Assembly (NCBI GenBank): GCA_038321865.1
Contig: JBBQFH010000001.1
Span: 174,258 to 238,257 of the forward strand
Direction: 5' to 3'
Length of the DNA stretch: 64,000 bases
DNA from: Gemmatimonadales bacterium
GTDB lineage: Bacteria; Gemmatimonadota; Gemmatimonadetes; Gemmatimonadales; GWC2-71-9
In this document: in pieces, positions 41,885 to 51,711 of the stretch
Position numbering within the stretch: the stretch's first letter is position 1
Layout of the letters: each line of letters starts with the position of its first letter
Notes under the pieces: model-generated
The model's input: only the letters and a program-made list of their open reading frames with translations
What the model was told of the DNA's origin: nothing
Database searches by the model: none
Translations under genes and position numbers: made by a program

Positions 41885-43149
41885 CGCCCGCCCCGAACGG
41901 CAAGCGACCGGAGAAGCGCCTCGAATCCGGGGAAGCTGACGGCGACGCATGCCATGTCGTCTACCGCGACGCGCGCGCCGGCAACCGTGCCGAGCACCGC
42001 GAACGCCATCGCCAGCCGGTGATCGCCATCGGTACGGACGCGGCCGCGCGGGATCGGCGCATCACCCGCGACCCACAGATCCTCACCGCGAACTTCGGCA
42101 GCGGCGCCGACCGCCCGGAGGTTCGCGGCGATGAGCTCCAGCCGGTTGCTCTCTTTCACCCGCAATTCACCGACGTCACGAAAGACGCTGGGACCCGAGG
42201 CGCGCGACGCGAGTACGGCGAGCAGCGGGACCTCGTCGATCAGCCCGGGAATCTCTGCGGCCGCGACAATGGTGCCCCGCAGCAGGGACGGGCGCACGTC
42301 GAGGTCTGCAACCGGTTCATCCAGCTCCGAGCCGGTCGGTTCGAGAGCAATCTCGGCCCCCATCCGGGCGAGCACCGTCAGCACGCCGGTTCTGGTTGGA
42401 TTCACTCCGACCCCGACGACGCGGAGCGCGCCGCCCTCCGCCAGCAGGGCGGCACCGAGCATGAAGGCCGCGGACGAGATATCGCCCGGCACTTGCAGCT
42501 CGAAGGGGACGACCCGCCCGGAGGCGACGAACTCGATCCAGCCGTCGCGCTCCAGCACCGTGTAGCCGAACGCCCGCAGCAGCCGCTCCGTGTGATCCCG
42601 CGACCGGCCCGCGGGCTCGCGCACTCCCAGGTCCACCCCGCCCGCCGCCGCAGCGAGGAGCAGCGCGCTCTTGAGCTGCGCGCTCGACACCGGGAGCTCA
42701 TACCGGATCCCGTGCAGCCGGCCGCCGGTGATGTCGAGTGGGAGCCCGTCGCCGCGTGCGTCGATGCGTGCTCCCATGAGGCCGAGCGGTGCGGTAACGC
42801 GGGCCATGGGACGGCGGCGAAGCGAGGAGTCGCCGGTGAGCGTCGCGCGGAAGCGGTGCGCCGCCAGAAGTCCGAGCAGGAGTCGCGCGGTGGTGCCGGA
42901 ATTACCGCAGTTCAAGGTCCCCTCGGAGGGGAGCAATCGGCCCCTCCCTTTCACGCGGACAGCGTGCTCCCCGCGAAGCGGGGTGATCACCGCGCCGAGC
43001 TGTCGCAGGACGCGGGCGGTGCCGCGCACGTCCAGCGACGGCAGGACGCCCCCGAGATGACTCGTGCCGCGCGCCATGGCCGCAAACATCAGCGCCCGAT
43101 GGCTGATGCTCTTGTCACCGGGGACGCGGACTGCCCCGCCTACCTTCAT
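41881..43149 (-). CDS. aroA: EPSP synthase
   Basis: PGDKSISHR, GNSGTT, SAQLKS, RDHTE, RVKESNR and DHRLAM. Confidence 0.97.
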   Translation of the reverse strand: MKVGGAVRVPGDKSISHRALMFAAMARGTSHLGGVLPSLDVRGTARVLRQLGAVITPLRGEHAVRVKGRGRLLPSEGTLNCGNSGTTARLLLGLLAAHRFRATLTGDSSLRRRPMARVTAPLGLMGARIDARGDGLPLDITGGRLHGIRYELPVSSAQLKSALLLAAAAGGVDLGVREPAGRSRDHTERLLRAFGYTVLERDGWIEFVASGRVVPFELQVPGDISSAAFMLGAALLAEGGALRVVGVGVNPTRTGVLTVLARMGAEIALEPTGSELDEPVADLDVRPSLLRGTIVAAAEIPGLIDEVPLLAVLASRASGPSVFRDVGELRVKESNRLELIAANLRAVGAAAEVRGEDLWVAGDAPIPRGRVRTDGDHRLAMAFAVLGTVAGARVAVDDMACVAVSFPGFEALLRSLAVRGGR

Positions 43150-43207
43150 CGGTCGCGACGATTCAGCATCATGTCAAGGACCTCGACGGTCGGGAAGACA
43201 TTTGAGT

Positions 43208-43228
43208 TGCCCGGCGCGCGGCTCTATC
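43208..43228 (-). repeat. Degenerate direct repeat of the tRNA-Leu 3' end (candidate att scar)
   Basis: tgcccggcgcgcggctctatc vs tacccggggcggggctcgaac (50241-50261): 16/21 identical, ungapped. Confidence 0.4.
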
Positions 43229-43275
43229 GTACTTATACACCGTTCGAATCTCAATGCAGGTGACAATCAGCCTGG

Positions 43276-43659
43276 ATGCGTGTGGCGAAGATTCTCATCG
43301 TTAAAGCCAGCTCCGGCAGCAGGAAGCTGTTTCGCGCGATATCGACGCTGAAAGCCGACCAAGTCGTCGCCCTGGCCGGTGGCGACAGCGTGGTGGCGAC
43401 CATTTCAAACCGAGCACTTCCACTGGTAATCAAGGACGTGCAGCTGCCAGGCCGAGACGGCTTCGCCGTACAGGGTGCGTTCAACAAGGCGGCCGAGCTG
43501 GCGTCAACCGTCGCCACCCTGACGGCGCATGCAACGGCCGGAGATCGCGAGCGGGCGGCTCCGGCCGGCTTCGGCGGATACATCACGAAGCCTATCGACA
43601 TTCGGGCAGTTCCTGAGCCGGTCGACCGGGCGATGAATGTGGAGATGTCGACTCGATGA
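43276..43659 (+). CDS. Degenerate single-domain response regulator (DivK/CheY-like), possibly a pseudogene
   Basis: KILIV, DVQLPGRDG, LTAHA and GYITKPID retained; the acidic ED pair is replaced by KA. Confidence 0.65.
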   Translation: MRVAKILIVKASSGSRKLFRAISTLKADQVVALAGGDSVVATISNRALPLVIKDVQLPGRDGFAVQGAFNKAAELASTVATLTAHATAGDRERAAPAGFGGYITKPIDIRAVPEPVDRAMNVEMSTR

Positions 43660-44156
43660 GTGTTCCGACGCCGCCAAGCCCCGAGAAGCGCGCGCTGATC
43701 GACGCGTTCGAGACCGTCATGCAGGCCGAGTCCGAGCACGCGTCGCCGATGGTGGGGTCGGGGCGGCGACTCCCCCGACGTACTCGGCCGTTCGCGTGGG
43801 TGGTGCTCGTGGCTTCGACCTCTCTTTTCGCAATTGGGGCCAGCACTCGCGCACCATGGCTCGGCTTCCCACAGCCGCTGGACGAACAGCCGATCGTGCA
43901 GGAAGCGAGCCTTCGGCTCGCAATTGCGCTCGAAGCGCAGCGTATCGTCCGCTACCAGCGGGAGCACGGCGCGCTGCCGTCGCGCCTGGAGGACGCCGGG
44001 CCGGTCGTGCCCGGCGTTCGATACCACCGGGGAACGGGCGGCGATTTCGAGCTGCGAGGCAGCAACGGAGACGCCTCCGCGATGTATCGGTCATCGGAAG
44101 GCTTGCGGCGGTTCGTCGGATCCAGTTACGACATCGTTACTCGGCGGGCGCAGTGA
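43656..44156 (+). CDS. Hypothetical single-TM protein with a GspG-like periplasmic part
   Basis: One TM, then a helix and Y...G.LP..LED...Y...FELRGSNGD; overlaps both neighbours. Confidence 0.7.
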   Translation: MSVPTPPSPEKRALIDAFETVMQAESEHASPMVGSGRRLPRRTRPFAWVVLVASTSLFAIGASTRAPWLGFPQPLDEQPIVQEASLRLAIALEAQRIVRYQREHGALPSRLEDAGPVVPGVRYHRGTGGDFELRGSNGDASAMYRSSEGLRRFVGSSYDIVTRRAQ

Positions 44157-44632
44157 CCTCGCGGCGTGCCGGATTCACGTTCATCGAGCTATTGACAGTG
44201 GTCGTCGTGCTCGGTGTGCTAGCCTCCATCGCGACGTTGCGGTACATAGACCTGCGAAACGATGCCCTCGCCGCAGGCATGTCCGTCGAACTCAATGGGG
44301 TCCGTCTCGCGGCGTTCAACTACTGGGGCGAAAACGAGCGCTGGCCGCCCGAGGCGGCGCCCGGTGTCATGCCGAACGGCATGAGTCGCTACCTGCGGGA
44401 CGGGTTTCGATTTTCGACTCCGAATTACGTCATCGACTGGGAGAATTTTATCGCTGCGGATAACTCCGTCAGCGCAGGCAATGGCGTGATGCAGGTCGGA
44501 TTAACCGTGACCTCATCGGATGCCGGCCTCATACGGGCGCTGGCTCGACACGCCGCCCGGGGCGCGCCGTACTTCGTTGTCGGCAACACCCTGACCTACG
44601 TGATTCTGGAGCCGAACACGCGCGTGGACTAG
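44153..44632 (+). CDS. Prepilin-type N-methylation protein (type IV pilin/pseudopilin)
   Basis: MTSRRAG|FTFIELLTVVVVLGVLASIA class III signal with E5. Confidence 0.9.
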   Translation: MTSRRAGFTFIELLTVVVVLGVLASIATLRYIDLRNDALAAGMSVELNGVRLAAFNYWGENERWPPEAAPGVMPNGMSRYLRDGFRFSTPNYVIDWENFIAADNSVSAGNGVMQVGLTVTSSDAGLIRALARHAARGAPYFVVGNTLTYVILEPNTRVD

Positions 44633-44635
44633 CGT

Positions 44636-45502
44636 TCACTTCCGGCGCGCTCCCAGCACGTCGGCCAGGCAGGCTTCCCAGTGACGAGGCTCGAGCCCCA
44701 GTGCGCCACTGGTGGCGGTCTTGTCCAGCACACTGTACGCCGGCCGTCGCGCAAGTGCGGGAAAGTCTACCGCACGGATCGGCGTCACGGACGCAGGCCG
44801 GCTTAGGTATCCCATGCTTCGCCCGAGCCGCTCAATCGCCACGGCGAAATCGTACCAGCTGGCCACCCCGCCGTCCGTCCAGTGGTGCACGCCGCGGAGC
44901 TCGGGTCGGCCGATGATCGCCCAGACGGTCGCGGCCAGACTTGTCGAGGCGGTCGGCGTGCCTACCTGGTCGGCCACGACCCTGACCGCGCTCCGCTCCT
45001 CCATCAGCCGAAGCATGGTCGTGACGAAGTTTCGCGAGACGGCGTCGTATACCCACGCCGTGCGGAGCACAACCGCCGCCCCATGCGTCGCATCGAGAAC
45101 AGCCGCCTCGCCGTCACGTTTGCTCAGGCCGTAGACGCCGAGCGGGTTGGTAGGCGCATCCGGTGAATAAGGAGTCGCCTGTGAGCCGTCGAATACGAAA
45201 TCGGTCGAGAGCTGGATAAACCGCGCGGAGACGGCAGCGGCCGCGTGCGCCAGCCGTCCCGCGCCAGCCGCGTTCACGGCGAACGCGGCATCGCGTTCCT
45301 GCTCGGCCCTGTCCACTTGAGTGTACGCCGCGGCATTTACTACGACGTCCGGGCGGATCATGCCGAGCTGCTGATCGAGAGACCCTACCCGGCCAAGATC
45401 CAGTTCGCCACGCCCGGGGGCGATCACCTCCCATGCCTCCGGCACGGTGGTAAGAAGCGCGCGTCCAAGCTGACCGGTGCCGCCAGTGAGCAGGACCCTC
45501 AC
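44636..45502 (-). CDS. rfbD: dTDP-4-dehydrorhamnose reductase (alternative start 45541)
   Basis: TGGTGQLG, AAYTQVD, STDFVFDG, YGLSK and DQVGTPT. Confidence 0.95.
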   Translation of the reverse strand: MRVLLTGGTGQLGRALLTTVPEAWEVIAPGRGELDLGRVGSLDQQLGMIRPDVVVNAAAYTQVDRAEQERDAAFAVNAAGAGRLAHAAAAVSARFIQLSTDFVFDGSQATPYSPDAPTNPLGVYGLSKRDGEAAVLDATHGAAVVLRTAWVYDAVSRNFVTTMLRLMEERSAVRVVADQVGTPTASTSLAATVWAIIGRPELRGVHHWTDGGVASWYDFAVAIERLGRSMGYLSRPASVTPIRAVDFPALARRPAYSVLDKTATSGALGLEPRHWEACLADVLGARRK

Positions 45503-45521
45503 TCGCCGGGCCGCCCGGGCC

Positions 45522-46070
45522 TTATGCGAAACACTCCGCATCCGCGAATCGCGCGCCGGCGGCGTCTTTGACCGATACCACCGGCGACTCGGTCGGCGCC
45601 AACTCCCAGTCGATCGCGAGATCCCCGTCATCCCAACGAATCGTTCGCTCATCCTCCAAGTCGTACAGCGTCGTGCACTTGTACGTCAGCTCCGCCACAT
45701 CGCCGAGCACACGGAAGCCGTGCGCGAATCCAGGCGGTATCCAGAGCTCGCGCCTGTTGTCCGCCGACAGCCGCACGGAAACGCTTCGGCCGTACGTGGC
45801 GGATGACTGCCTTAGATCCACCGCGACGTCGAGCACTTCGCCCAGGACGACCCGCACGAGCTTCCCCTGGGGCCGGCGAAGCTGGTAGTGCAATCCCCGA
45901 AGGATTCCGCGCCCTGACCGACTGTGGTTGTCTTGAAGGAAGTCCCAGTCGATGCCGGCCGCGGCAAACTTGGTGCGGTGCCACGTCTCCATGAAAAACC
46001 CGCGGTGGTCGCCGAACACGGCGGGCTCGACGACGAGCACATCCGAAATCGCGGTGGGGATAAACCTCAC
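45522..46070 (-). CDS. rfbC: dTDP-4-dehydrorhamnose 3,5-epimerase
   Basis: [20 protein letters not shown] and GFAHGF; GTG start. Confidence 0.96.
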   Translation of the reverse strand: MRFIPTAISDVLVVEPAVFGDHRGFFMETWHRTKFAAAGIDWDFLQDNHSRSGRGILRGLHYQLRRPQGKLVRVVLGEVLDVAVDLRQSSATYGRSVSVRLSADNRRELWIPPGFAHGFRVLGDVAELTYKCTTLYDLEDERTIRWDDGDLAIDWELAPTESPVVSVKDAAGARFADAECFA

Positions 46071-46942
46071 GGCGCTACCTCCCGCGCAACGCGCAGGAGG
46101 TATTCCCCGTAGCCGCTCTTGCCTAGGCCCGCCGCGAGCCGGCGCAGCTGGTCCCCGTCGATGAACCCCATGCGCCAGGCAATCTCCTCCGGCGCCGCGA
46201 TCTTGAGTCCCTGGCGCTTCTCGATCGTTTGGATGAAACTCGATGCCTCCTGCAGTGAGTCGAACGTGCCGGTATCGAGCCAAGCGGTGCCTCGGCCCAG
46301 CACCTCCATGCGCAACTGACCACGCCGTAGATACTCAATGTTGACATCGGTGATCTCGTACTCTCCACGCGCGGAAGGCCTGAGATCGCGGGCGATATCG
46401 AGCACCTGATTGTCGTAGAAATAGCAGCCCGTCACGGCAAAGTTCGACCGTGGCGCCTTCGGCTTTTCCTCCAGCCCGACGACTTGCCCGGCGGCGTCGA
46501 GTTCGGCCACACCATACCGCTCGGGATCGCTCACGTAATATCCGAACACGGTCGCGCCCCGGGTCCGCGCCCCCGCCTCCTGGAGCCTGACGCTAAGACT
46601 CTCGCCGTAAAAAATGTTGTCGCCAAGAATCAGCGCCACCCCTTCCCCACCGACGAAATCCCGGCCGATCATGAAGGCCTGCGCCAGGCCATCCGGCGAG
46701 GGCTGTACTGCATAGCGGAATTCCATGCCCCACTGCTCCCCACCCCTGAGCAGTGCCTCGAAGCGCGGAAGATCCGCCGCCGTCGAGATCACGAGGACGT
46801 CGCGGATCCCGGCGAGCATCAGAGCTGACAACGGGTAGTAGATCATTGGCTTGTCGTACACCGGCAGCAGCTGCTTGCTTACGACCTGCGTGAGCGGGTG
46901 CAGCCGGGTGCCCGACCCCCCTGCGAGGATGATGCCTTTCAT
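46067..46942 (-). CDS. rfbA: Glucose-1-phosphate thymidylyltransferase
   Basis: [26 protein letters not shown] and WLDTGT. Confidence 0.97.
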   Translation of the reverse strand: MKGIILAGGSGTRLHPLTQVVSKQLLPVYDKPMIYYPLSALMLAGIRDVLVISTAADLPRFEALLRGGEQWGMEFRYAVQPSPDGLAQAFMIGRDFVGGEGVALILGDNIFYGESLSVRLQEAGARTRGATVFGYYVSDPERYGVAELDAAGQVVGLEEKPKAPRSNFAVTGCYFYDNQVLDIARDLRPSARGEYEITDVNIEYLRRGQLRMEVLGRGTAWLDTGTFDSLQEASSFIQTIEKRQGLKIAAPEEIAWRMGFIDGDQLRRLAAGLGKSGYGEYLLRVAREVAP

Positions 46943-48012
46943 GTGCCTTCTCCAAGGCCCAGGCGTTCGCCCCGGTAGGCCCCCGATTGCACGCGGGCGC
47001 ACCAGTCGGGGTGGTCCAGATACCAGCGCACGGTCTTCCGAAGCCCGGACTCGAAATTGTCGACCGCGCGCCAACCGAGCTCGCGGTGGACCTTGGACGC
47101 ATCGATGGCGTAGCGAAAGTCGTGGCCCGGTCGGTCCGCGACGAAGCTAATCAGTGAGCGCCGGGGGCCGATGGACGCATCGGGCGCCATCTCGTCCACG
47201 AGGTCGCAGATCGCCTCGACGACCTCCAGATTTCGCCGTTGGCTGTTGCCACCCACGATATAGGTGTCCCCCGGATTCCCGCGATCTACCGCAGTCAGCA
47301 GTGCGTCAGCATGGTCTTCGACGAACAACCAGTCGCGCACGTTATCTCCTCGGCCGTACACGGGCAGTGGTTTTCCGGCAAGCGCGTTCAGGGTCACAAG
47401 CGGAATGAGCTTTTCTGGAAACTGATACGGGCCGTAGTTGTTGGAGCAATTGGTCGTGATGACGGGAATTCCGAAGGTATGATGCCATGCGCGCACCAGG
47501 TGATCCGAGCCGGCCTTACTAGCGGAATAGGGCGAATTGGGGGCATACGGGGTCGCTTCCGTGAAGCAACCATCGTCACCCAATGAACCGAAAACTTCGT
47601 CGGTAGAGATGTGGAGGAACCGGAAGCCCCCGCGGGATGCCGGAGGTAGGGACGTCCAGAATCGTCGCGTGGCCTCGAGCATGCGGAAAGTGCCGACGAC
47701 GTTCGTGTTGATGAATTCGCCCGGCCCGTCAATCGAGCGGTCGACATGCGATTCCGCCGCCAAATGCATGACGGCGGTTGGGCGGTACCGGTCGAAAATA
47801 CGATTCAACGCCGGCCCATCGCAGATATCGGCTCGCTCGAAGTGGTAGCGCGCGTCGCAGTCGATCTCTGCGAGCGACTCCAGATTGCCGGCGTATGTGA
47901 GTTTGTCAACGTTCACGACCACCGCAGTGGTGGTTCGAACGAGGCGGCGCACGACGGCGGATCCTATGAACCCCGCGCCACCGGTCACCAAAATCACCGA
48001 TGTCGAATCCAT
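46939..48012 (-). CDS. rfbB: dTDP-glucose 4,6-dehydratase
   Basis: [28 protein letters not shown] and DRPGHD. Confidence 0.97.
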   Translation of the reverse strand: MDSTSVILVTGGAGFIGSAVVRRLVRTTTAVVVNVDKLTYAGNLESLAEIDCDARYHFERADICDGPALNRIFDRYRPTAVMHLAAESHVDRSIDGPGEFINTNVVGTFRMLEATRRFWTSLPPASRGGFRFLHISTDEVFGSLGDDGCFTEATPYAPNSPYSASKAGSDHLVRAWHHTFGIPVITTNCSNNYGPYQFPEKLIPLVTLNALAGKPLPVYGRGDNVRDWLFVEDHADALLTAVDRGNPGDTYIVGGNSQRRNLEVVEAICDLVDEMAPDASIGPRRSLISFVADRPGHDFRYAIDASKVHRELGWRAVDNFESGLRKTVRWYLDHPDWCARVQSGAYRGERLGLGEGT

Positions 48013-48121
48013 GTGTTCCGATGTGCTCCACGGCTTGAGGGCTGCGACACGGTTGAACGCTCGCACGCGGCAGTTCCCGAATCTACCAGTGGCGCTCGGA
48101 AAACAGGACCTTGCCCGGTCG

Positions 48122-50233
48122 TCAGCCCTCCGGGCGGTGCCGCAACAGGATCAGCGAATGCGCAACCAGGATCACCGCGCGCGATCGGATCGGCTGCGAC
48201 TTCGATCGCGCCGTGTTGACCAGCTCCTCCCACCGCCCTCGCACCGGCCGGCGCGGAAGCGTGAATGCGCAGGAGCGGCCGCCGCCGTTCAGCAGCAGCA
48301 ACACCGTCTCACCGGCAACTGGGCTCCCTTGCTCGTCGGGCACATCGCTCACCTCATCCCGAATGAGCATGCCGAGCACATGCCCACTTCGGTCGTTCCA
48401 GTCAGTCGCAGCCATCTCCTTCCCGTCTGGGCGCAACCACCACAGTTCACGGTCCGCCGCTAAGGGGGAGGCTGCGAAAAAGGTGCGGCGGCGCACCACC
48501 GGATTCGCGGCCCGGATTGCCAGGACGGTCCGGGTGAACTCAAGAAGCTCCCGGCGAGAGCAGTCCAACCTCCAGTCGAACCAAGTCAGCGGGCCGTCCT
48601 GGCAGTACGCGTTGTTGTTGCCTCGCTGCGTACGGCCGATCTCGTCGCCGTGCGAAAGCATGGGCACGCCCTGTGAAAATGCGAGCGTCGCGAGGAAGTT
48701 CCTGGCGATGCGGTCGCGGATGCGGAGCACGAGCGTCGCGTCCGTGGGCCCCTCGGCCCCCCAGTTCCGGCTCTCGTTATGAGTGGAGCCATCCCGATTG
48801 CCCTCCCCGTTCGCCTCGTTGTGCTTCTCGGCGTAGCTCACGAGGTCCTGCAGGGTGAACCCGTCGTGACATGTGACCAGGTTGATGCTGGCCTGCGGCG
48901 AGCGTCCGGCGGCTTCGTACAAGTCGCTGCTGCCGGCAAGGCGCGACGCGACTTCGCCGATGTGCCCGCCATCGCCGCGCCAGAAGCGCCGCAGCGTGTC
49001 CCGATACCGCCCGTTCCACTCCGCCCAGCCGACCGGGAACCGCCCTACCTGATAACCTCCCGGGCCGAGGTCCCAGGGTTCCGCGATGAGCTTCACCCGC
49101 GAGATCACCGGATCCTGGCGGATCTCGTCAAAGAACGGACTCAGCGCATCGAAGCCCACGGCATCACGGGCGAGCGCCGGCGCCAGGTCGAAGCGGAATC
49201 CGTCCACATGCATGTCGGTCACCCAGTACCGCAGGCTGTCCATTACCAGCTGTGTGGTGAACGCGTTCCCAAGATCGAGCGTATTGCCGCAGCCCGTAAA
49301 ATCGAGATACCGCGCCGGATCAGCCGGGTCCAGCCGGTAGTAGCTCGCGTTGTCCACTCCCCTGAAGCAGATCGTCGGTCCGAACCGATCGCCCTCGGCA
49401 GTGTGATTGTACACCACGTCCAGAATGACCTCCAGGCCGGCGCGATGGAGCGCCTTCACCATGGACTTAAATTCCTGAACCTGGGACACCTCGCCACCAC
49501 TGGCGAATCTACCGTCCGGCGCGAAGAAACCGATTGTGTTGTAGCCCCAGTAGTTGGTGAGCCCGCGCTGCACCAGATGCCGGTCGTCGGCCATCTGGTG
49601 CACCGGCATCAGCTCGACTGCGGTTATGCCGAGCGACAGCAGATGGTCGACCACCGGCTCGCTCGCGAGACCGAGATAGGTGCCCCGCAGCTCCGCCGGC
49701 ACCTGCGGATGCATCGCCGTCATGCCCTTCACGTGACACTCGTAAATGACGGTCCGATCCCAGGGAGTCCGGAGCGGTTGGTCCTCTCCCCAATCGAAGG
49801 ACGTATCCACGACCACCGATCGCGGGACCAGGCCGCCGCTATCGCGCGGATCCGGCGCGGTGTCTCCAGCGCTGATCCCTTCGAGATGCCCCGACAGACC
49901 ATCGCTCCACCGGACCGGGCCGGCAATCGCCTTGGCGTAGGGATCAAGCAGCAGTTTGGCCGGGTTGAAGCGATGGCCCGCATGTGGGGCATACGGCCCA
50001 TGCACACGATAGCCGTACAGCTGGCCCGGACCGATGTGAGGGAGGCCGATGTGCCAGACATCGTTGGTTCGCTCGGAAAGCCGAATTCGGGCCGTTTCGA
50101 CGGAAGGAGCTGCCGAGTCGAAGAGGCAGAGCTCGATTGCGATGGCGTGCGTGGAAAAGATCGCGAAGTTGGTGGCGTCGCCATTCCAGGTGGCGCCGAG
50201 TGGATGGGCGCAACCCGGAAGCGTCCGGATCAT
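48122..50233 (-). CDS. glgX: Glycogen debranching enzyme/isoamylase (GH13)
   Basis: [30 protein letters not shown] and NNNAYCQD. Confidence 0.96.
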   Translation of the reverse strand: MIRTLPGCAHPLGATWNGDATNFAIFSTHAIAIELCLFDSAAPSVETARIRLSERTNDVWHIGLPHIGPGQLYGYRVHGPYAPHAGHRFNPAKLLLDPYAKAIAGPVRWSDGLSGHLEGISAGDTAPDPRDSGGLVPRSVVVDTSFDWGEDQPLRTPWDRTVIYECHVKGMTAMHPQVPAELRGTYLGLASEPVVDHLLSLGITAVELMPVHQMADDRHLVQRGLTNYWGYNTIGFFAPDGRFASGGEVSQVQEFKSMVKALHRAGLEVILDVVYNHTAEGDRFGPTICFRGVDNASYYRLDPADPARYLDFTGCGNTLDLGNAFTTQLVMDSLRYWVTDMHVDGFRFDLAPALARDAVGFDALSPFFDEIRQDPVISRVKLIAEPWDLGPGGYQVGRFPVGWAEWNGRYRDTLRRFWRGDGGHIGEVASRLAGSSDLYEAAGRSPQASINLVTCHDGFTLQDLVSYAEKHNEANGEGNRDGSTHNESRNWGAEGPTDATLVLRIRDRIARNFLATLAFSQGVPMLSHGDEIGRTQRGNNNAYCQDGPLTWFDWRLDCSRRELLEFTRTVLAIRAANPVVRRRTFFAASPLAADRELWWLRPDGKEMAATDWNDRSGHVLGMLIRDEVSDVPDEQGSPVAGETVLLLLNGGGRSCAFTLPRRPVRGRWEELVNTARSKSQPIRSRAVILVAHSLILLRHRPEG

Positions 50234-50240
50234 GGCCGAA

Positions 50241-50324
50241 TACCCGGGGCGGGGCTCGAACCCGCATGGACTTGCGCCCGAGGGATTTTAAGTCCCTCGC
50301 GTCTACCAGTTTCGCCACCCGGGT
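50241..50324 (-). tRNA. tRNA-Leu(UAA), long variable arm, A1-U72 pair, CCA not encoded
   Basis: ACCCGGG/CCCGGGT acceptor stem, TGGTAGAC D-loop, CTTAAAA anticodon loop, GGTTCGAGCC T-arm. Confidence 0.96.
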
Positions 50325-50348
50325 AGGGGTGACCGCAAATATATCGCC

Positions 50349-51497
50349 TCACGGTCGGATCGGGTCGCGTCCGGCGCCGCCCCCCGCCTCCGTCGACCAG
50401 GCCGCCGGCGCACGGCCGAATGCAGACTGAAAGTCCCTCTCGATTCCGGCGAGCACGCGGCGTTCCGACTCGGGCGCCGCCAGCATTACCACCGCACCTC
50501 CCCAGCCGGCCCCGGTCAGCCGGGCGCCATAGGCGCCGTGCCGCGCGGCCGACTCGACGATGAGGTCGGCTTCCGCGCAGGTCGATTCATAGTTATCGCG
50601 CAATGAGGCGTGCCCCTCCAGCAGGAGTCTGCCGAGCCCGGGCAGGTCGGTGCGCTCCAGCGCCGCCACCGCCTGGTACACCCTTGCCGTTTCGCTGACG
50701 ACATGGCGGACGCGCCGGGCGGCGGTGGGGTCGAGCTGGCGCTCGGCATCGCCCAGCTGCGCGGGGTCGAGCGCCGAGAGACACCGAAGCCCGGGCCAGC
50801 GCTGCCGCAGCACGGCGAGCGCCGCCTCGCACTCGCGCCGTCGCGTGTTGAGGGCACCACCTGTCAGCCGATGCGCCACCCCGGTCTCAACCAGCCACAC
50901 CCTGCCGGTCATCGTCACCGGCCGCATGCGTTCACTTGCCGTTTCGTACAGGAGAGCGGTCCCGCGCTTTGCGTAAACCGCGACCGTCTGGTCCATCCGC
51001 CCGCCTCGAACACCGACGTGCTCGTGCTCGGCCCGCGACGCAACGTCGACCAGCGCGGCGTTGGACACGCGCCGCCCGCCGAGCGCGCTCAAGACCTTCG
51101 CGACGGCCACGCAGATGGCGGCGGAGGATGAAAGACCCGCACCGATCGGCACATCACTCGCCACCGTCAGTTGGGCACCGGCGGGGGAGGCGCCAATCGC
51201 CTCGAGCTCCCGGATCACACCCACGACGTAATCGGTCCACTCTCCCCGAAGCTCGGACGGCAGCTCCACGACGTGGCGCCGGTGGTCGACCTCCGACACC
51301 AGCTCCCAGCGGGCGGCTACCCCGACGGCTACCGCGGTGCGCCGCTCGAGCGCGACCGGCAGCACCGGGCCGCCGTTGTAGTCGGTGTGTTCGCCGATCA
51401 GATTCAGCCGCCCGGGCGCGGAGGCGATGACGACCGGCGTGCCTCCGTAGCTGTCCGCGAAAAGAGCCCGTGCCCGGCTGGCCGCCCGACGTTTCAT
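50349..51497 (-). CDS. galK: Galactokinase (GHMP kinase)
   Basis: PGRLNLIGEHTDYN, PIGAGLSSSAA, MDQ and GARLTGAGWGG. Confidence 0.93.
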   Translation of the reverse strand: MKRRAASRARALFADSYGGTPVVIASAPGRLNLIGEHTDYNGGPVLPVALERRTAVAVGVAARWELVSEVDHRRHVVELPSELRGEWTDYVVGVIRELEAIGASPAGAQLTVASDVPIGAGLSSSAAICVAVAKVLSALGGRRVSNAALVDVASRAEHEHVGVRGGRMDQTVAVYAKRGTALLYETASERMRPVTMTGRVWLVETGVAHRLTGGALNTRRRECEAALAVLRQRWPGLRCLSALDPAQLGDAERQLDPTAARRVRHVVSETARVYQAVAALERTDLPGLGRLLLEGHASLRDNYESTCAEADLIVESAARHGAYGARLTGAGWGGAVVMLAAPESERRVLAGIERDFQSAFGRAPAAWSTEAGGGAGRDPIRP

Positions 51498-51549
51498 CCC
51501 CGCCCTTGCCTCACCGCCACGATCCTCAGCAGCACGATGCGACCGCAAC

Positions 51550-51590
51550 TGCCCGATCGGGAACACCCAAGTGTCCGTATGGGGACACTT
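51550..51590 (+). promoter_or_regulatory. Tandem enhancer-like palindromes (bEBP upstream activator sites)
   Basis: TGC-N10-ACA (51550-65) and TGT-N10-ACA (51572-87) inside AAGTGTCC-N6-GGACACTT; the sites are 22 bp apart. Confidence 0.55.
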
Positions 51591-51625
51591 CCGTCCTCGA
51601 ACAGCCTCTCCGGCAGGTCGGAGCG

Positions 51626-51641
51626 TGGCACCATGGTTGCT
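51626..51641 (+). promoter_or_regulatory. sigma54 (-24/-12) promoter
   Basis: TGGCAC-CATGG-TTGCT matches TGGCAC-N5-TTGCW. Confidence 0.75.
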
Positions 51642-51711
51642 TCAGGGATGGCGCTTGTCCGTGCCCCTCGCGGGGCAGACGACTGAGAAGTACTGATCGC
51701 CGGGAGGAAAT

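Noticed and set aside
48082..48096. JUMPstart/ops-like CACTGGTAG upstream of rfbB
   Set aside because: No GGCGGTAG ops core; it more likely overlaps a TAGATT -10 box
50241..50324. bldA-like translational control by tRNA-Leu(UAA); in-frame TTA codons occur in the pilin (44501) and glgX (48461-48463)
   Set aside because: The essential hisS also has an in-frame TTA (11167-11169), so TTA is not confined to accessory genes
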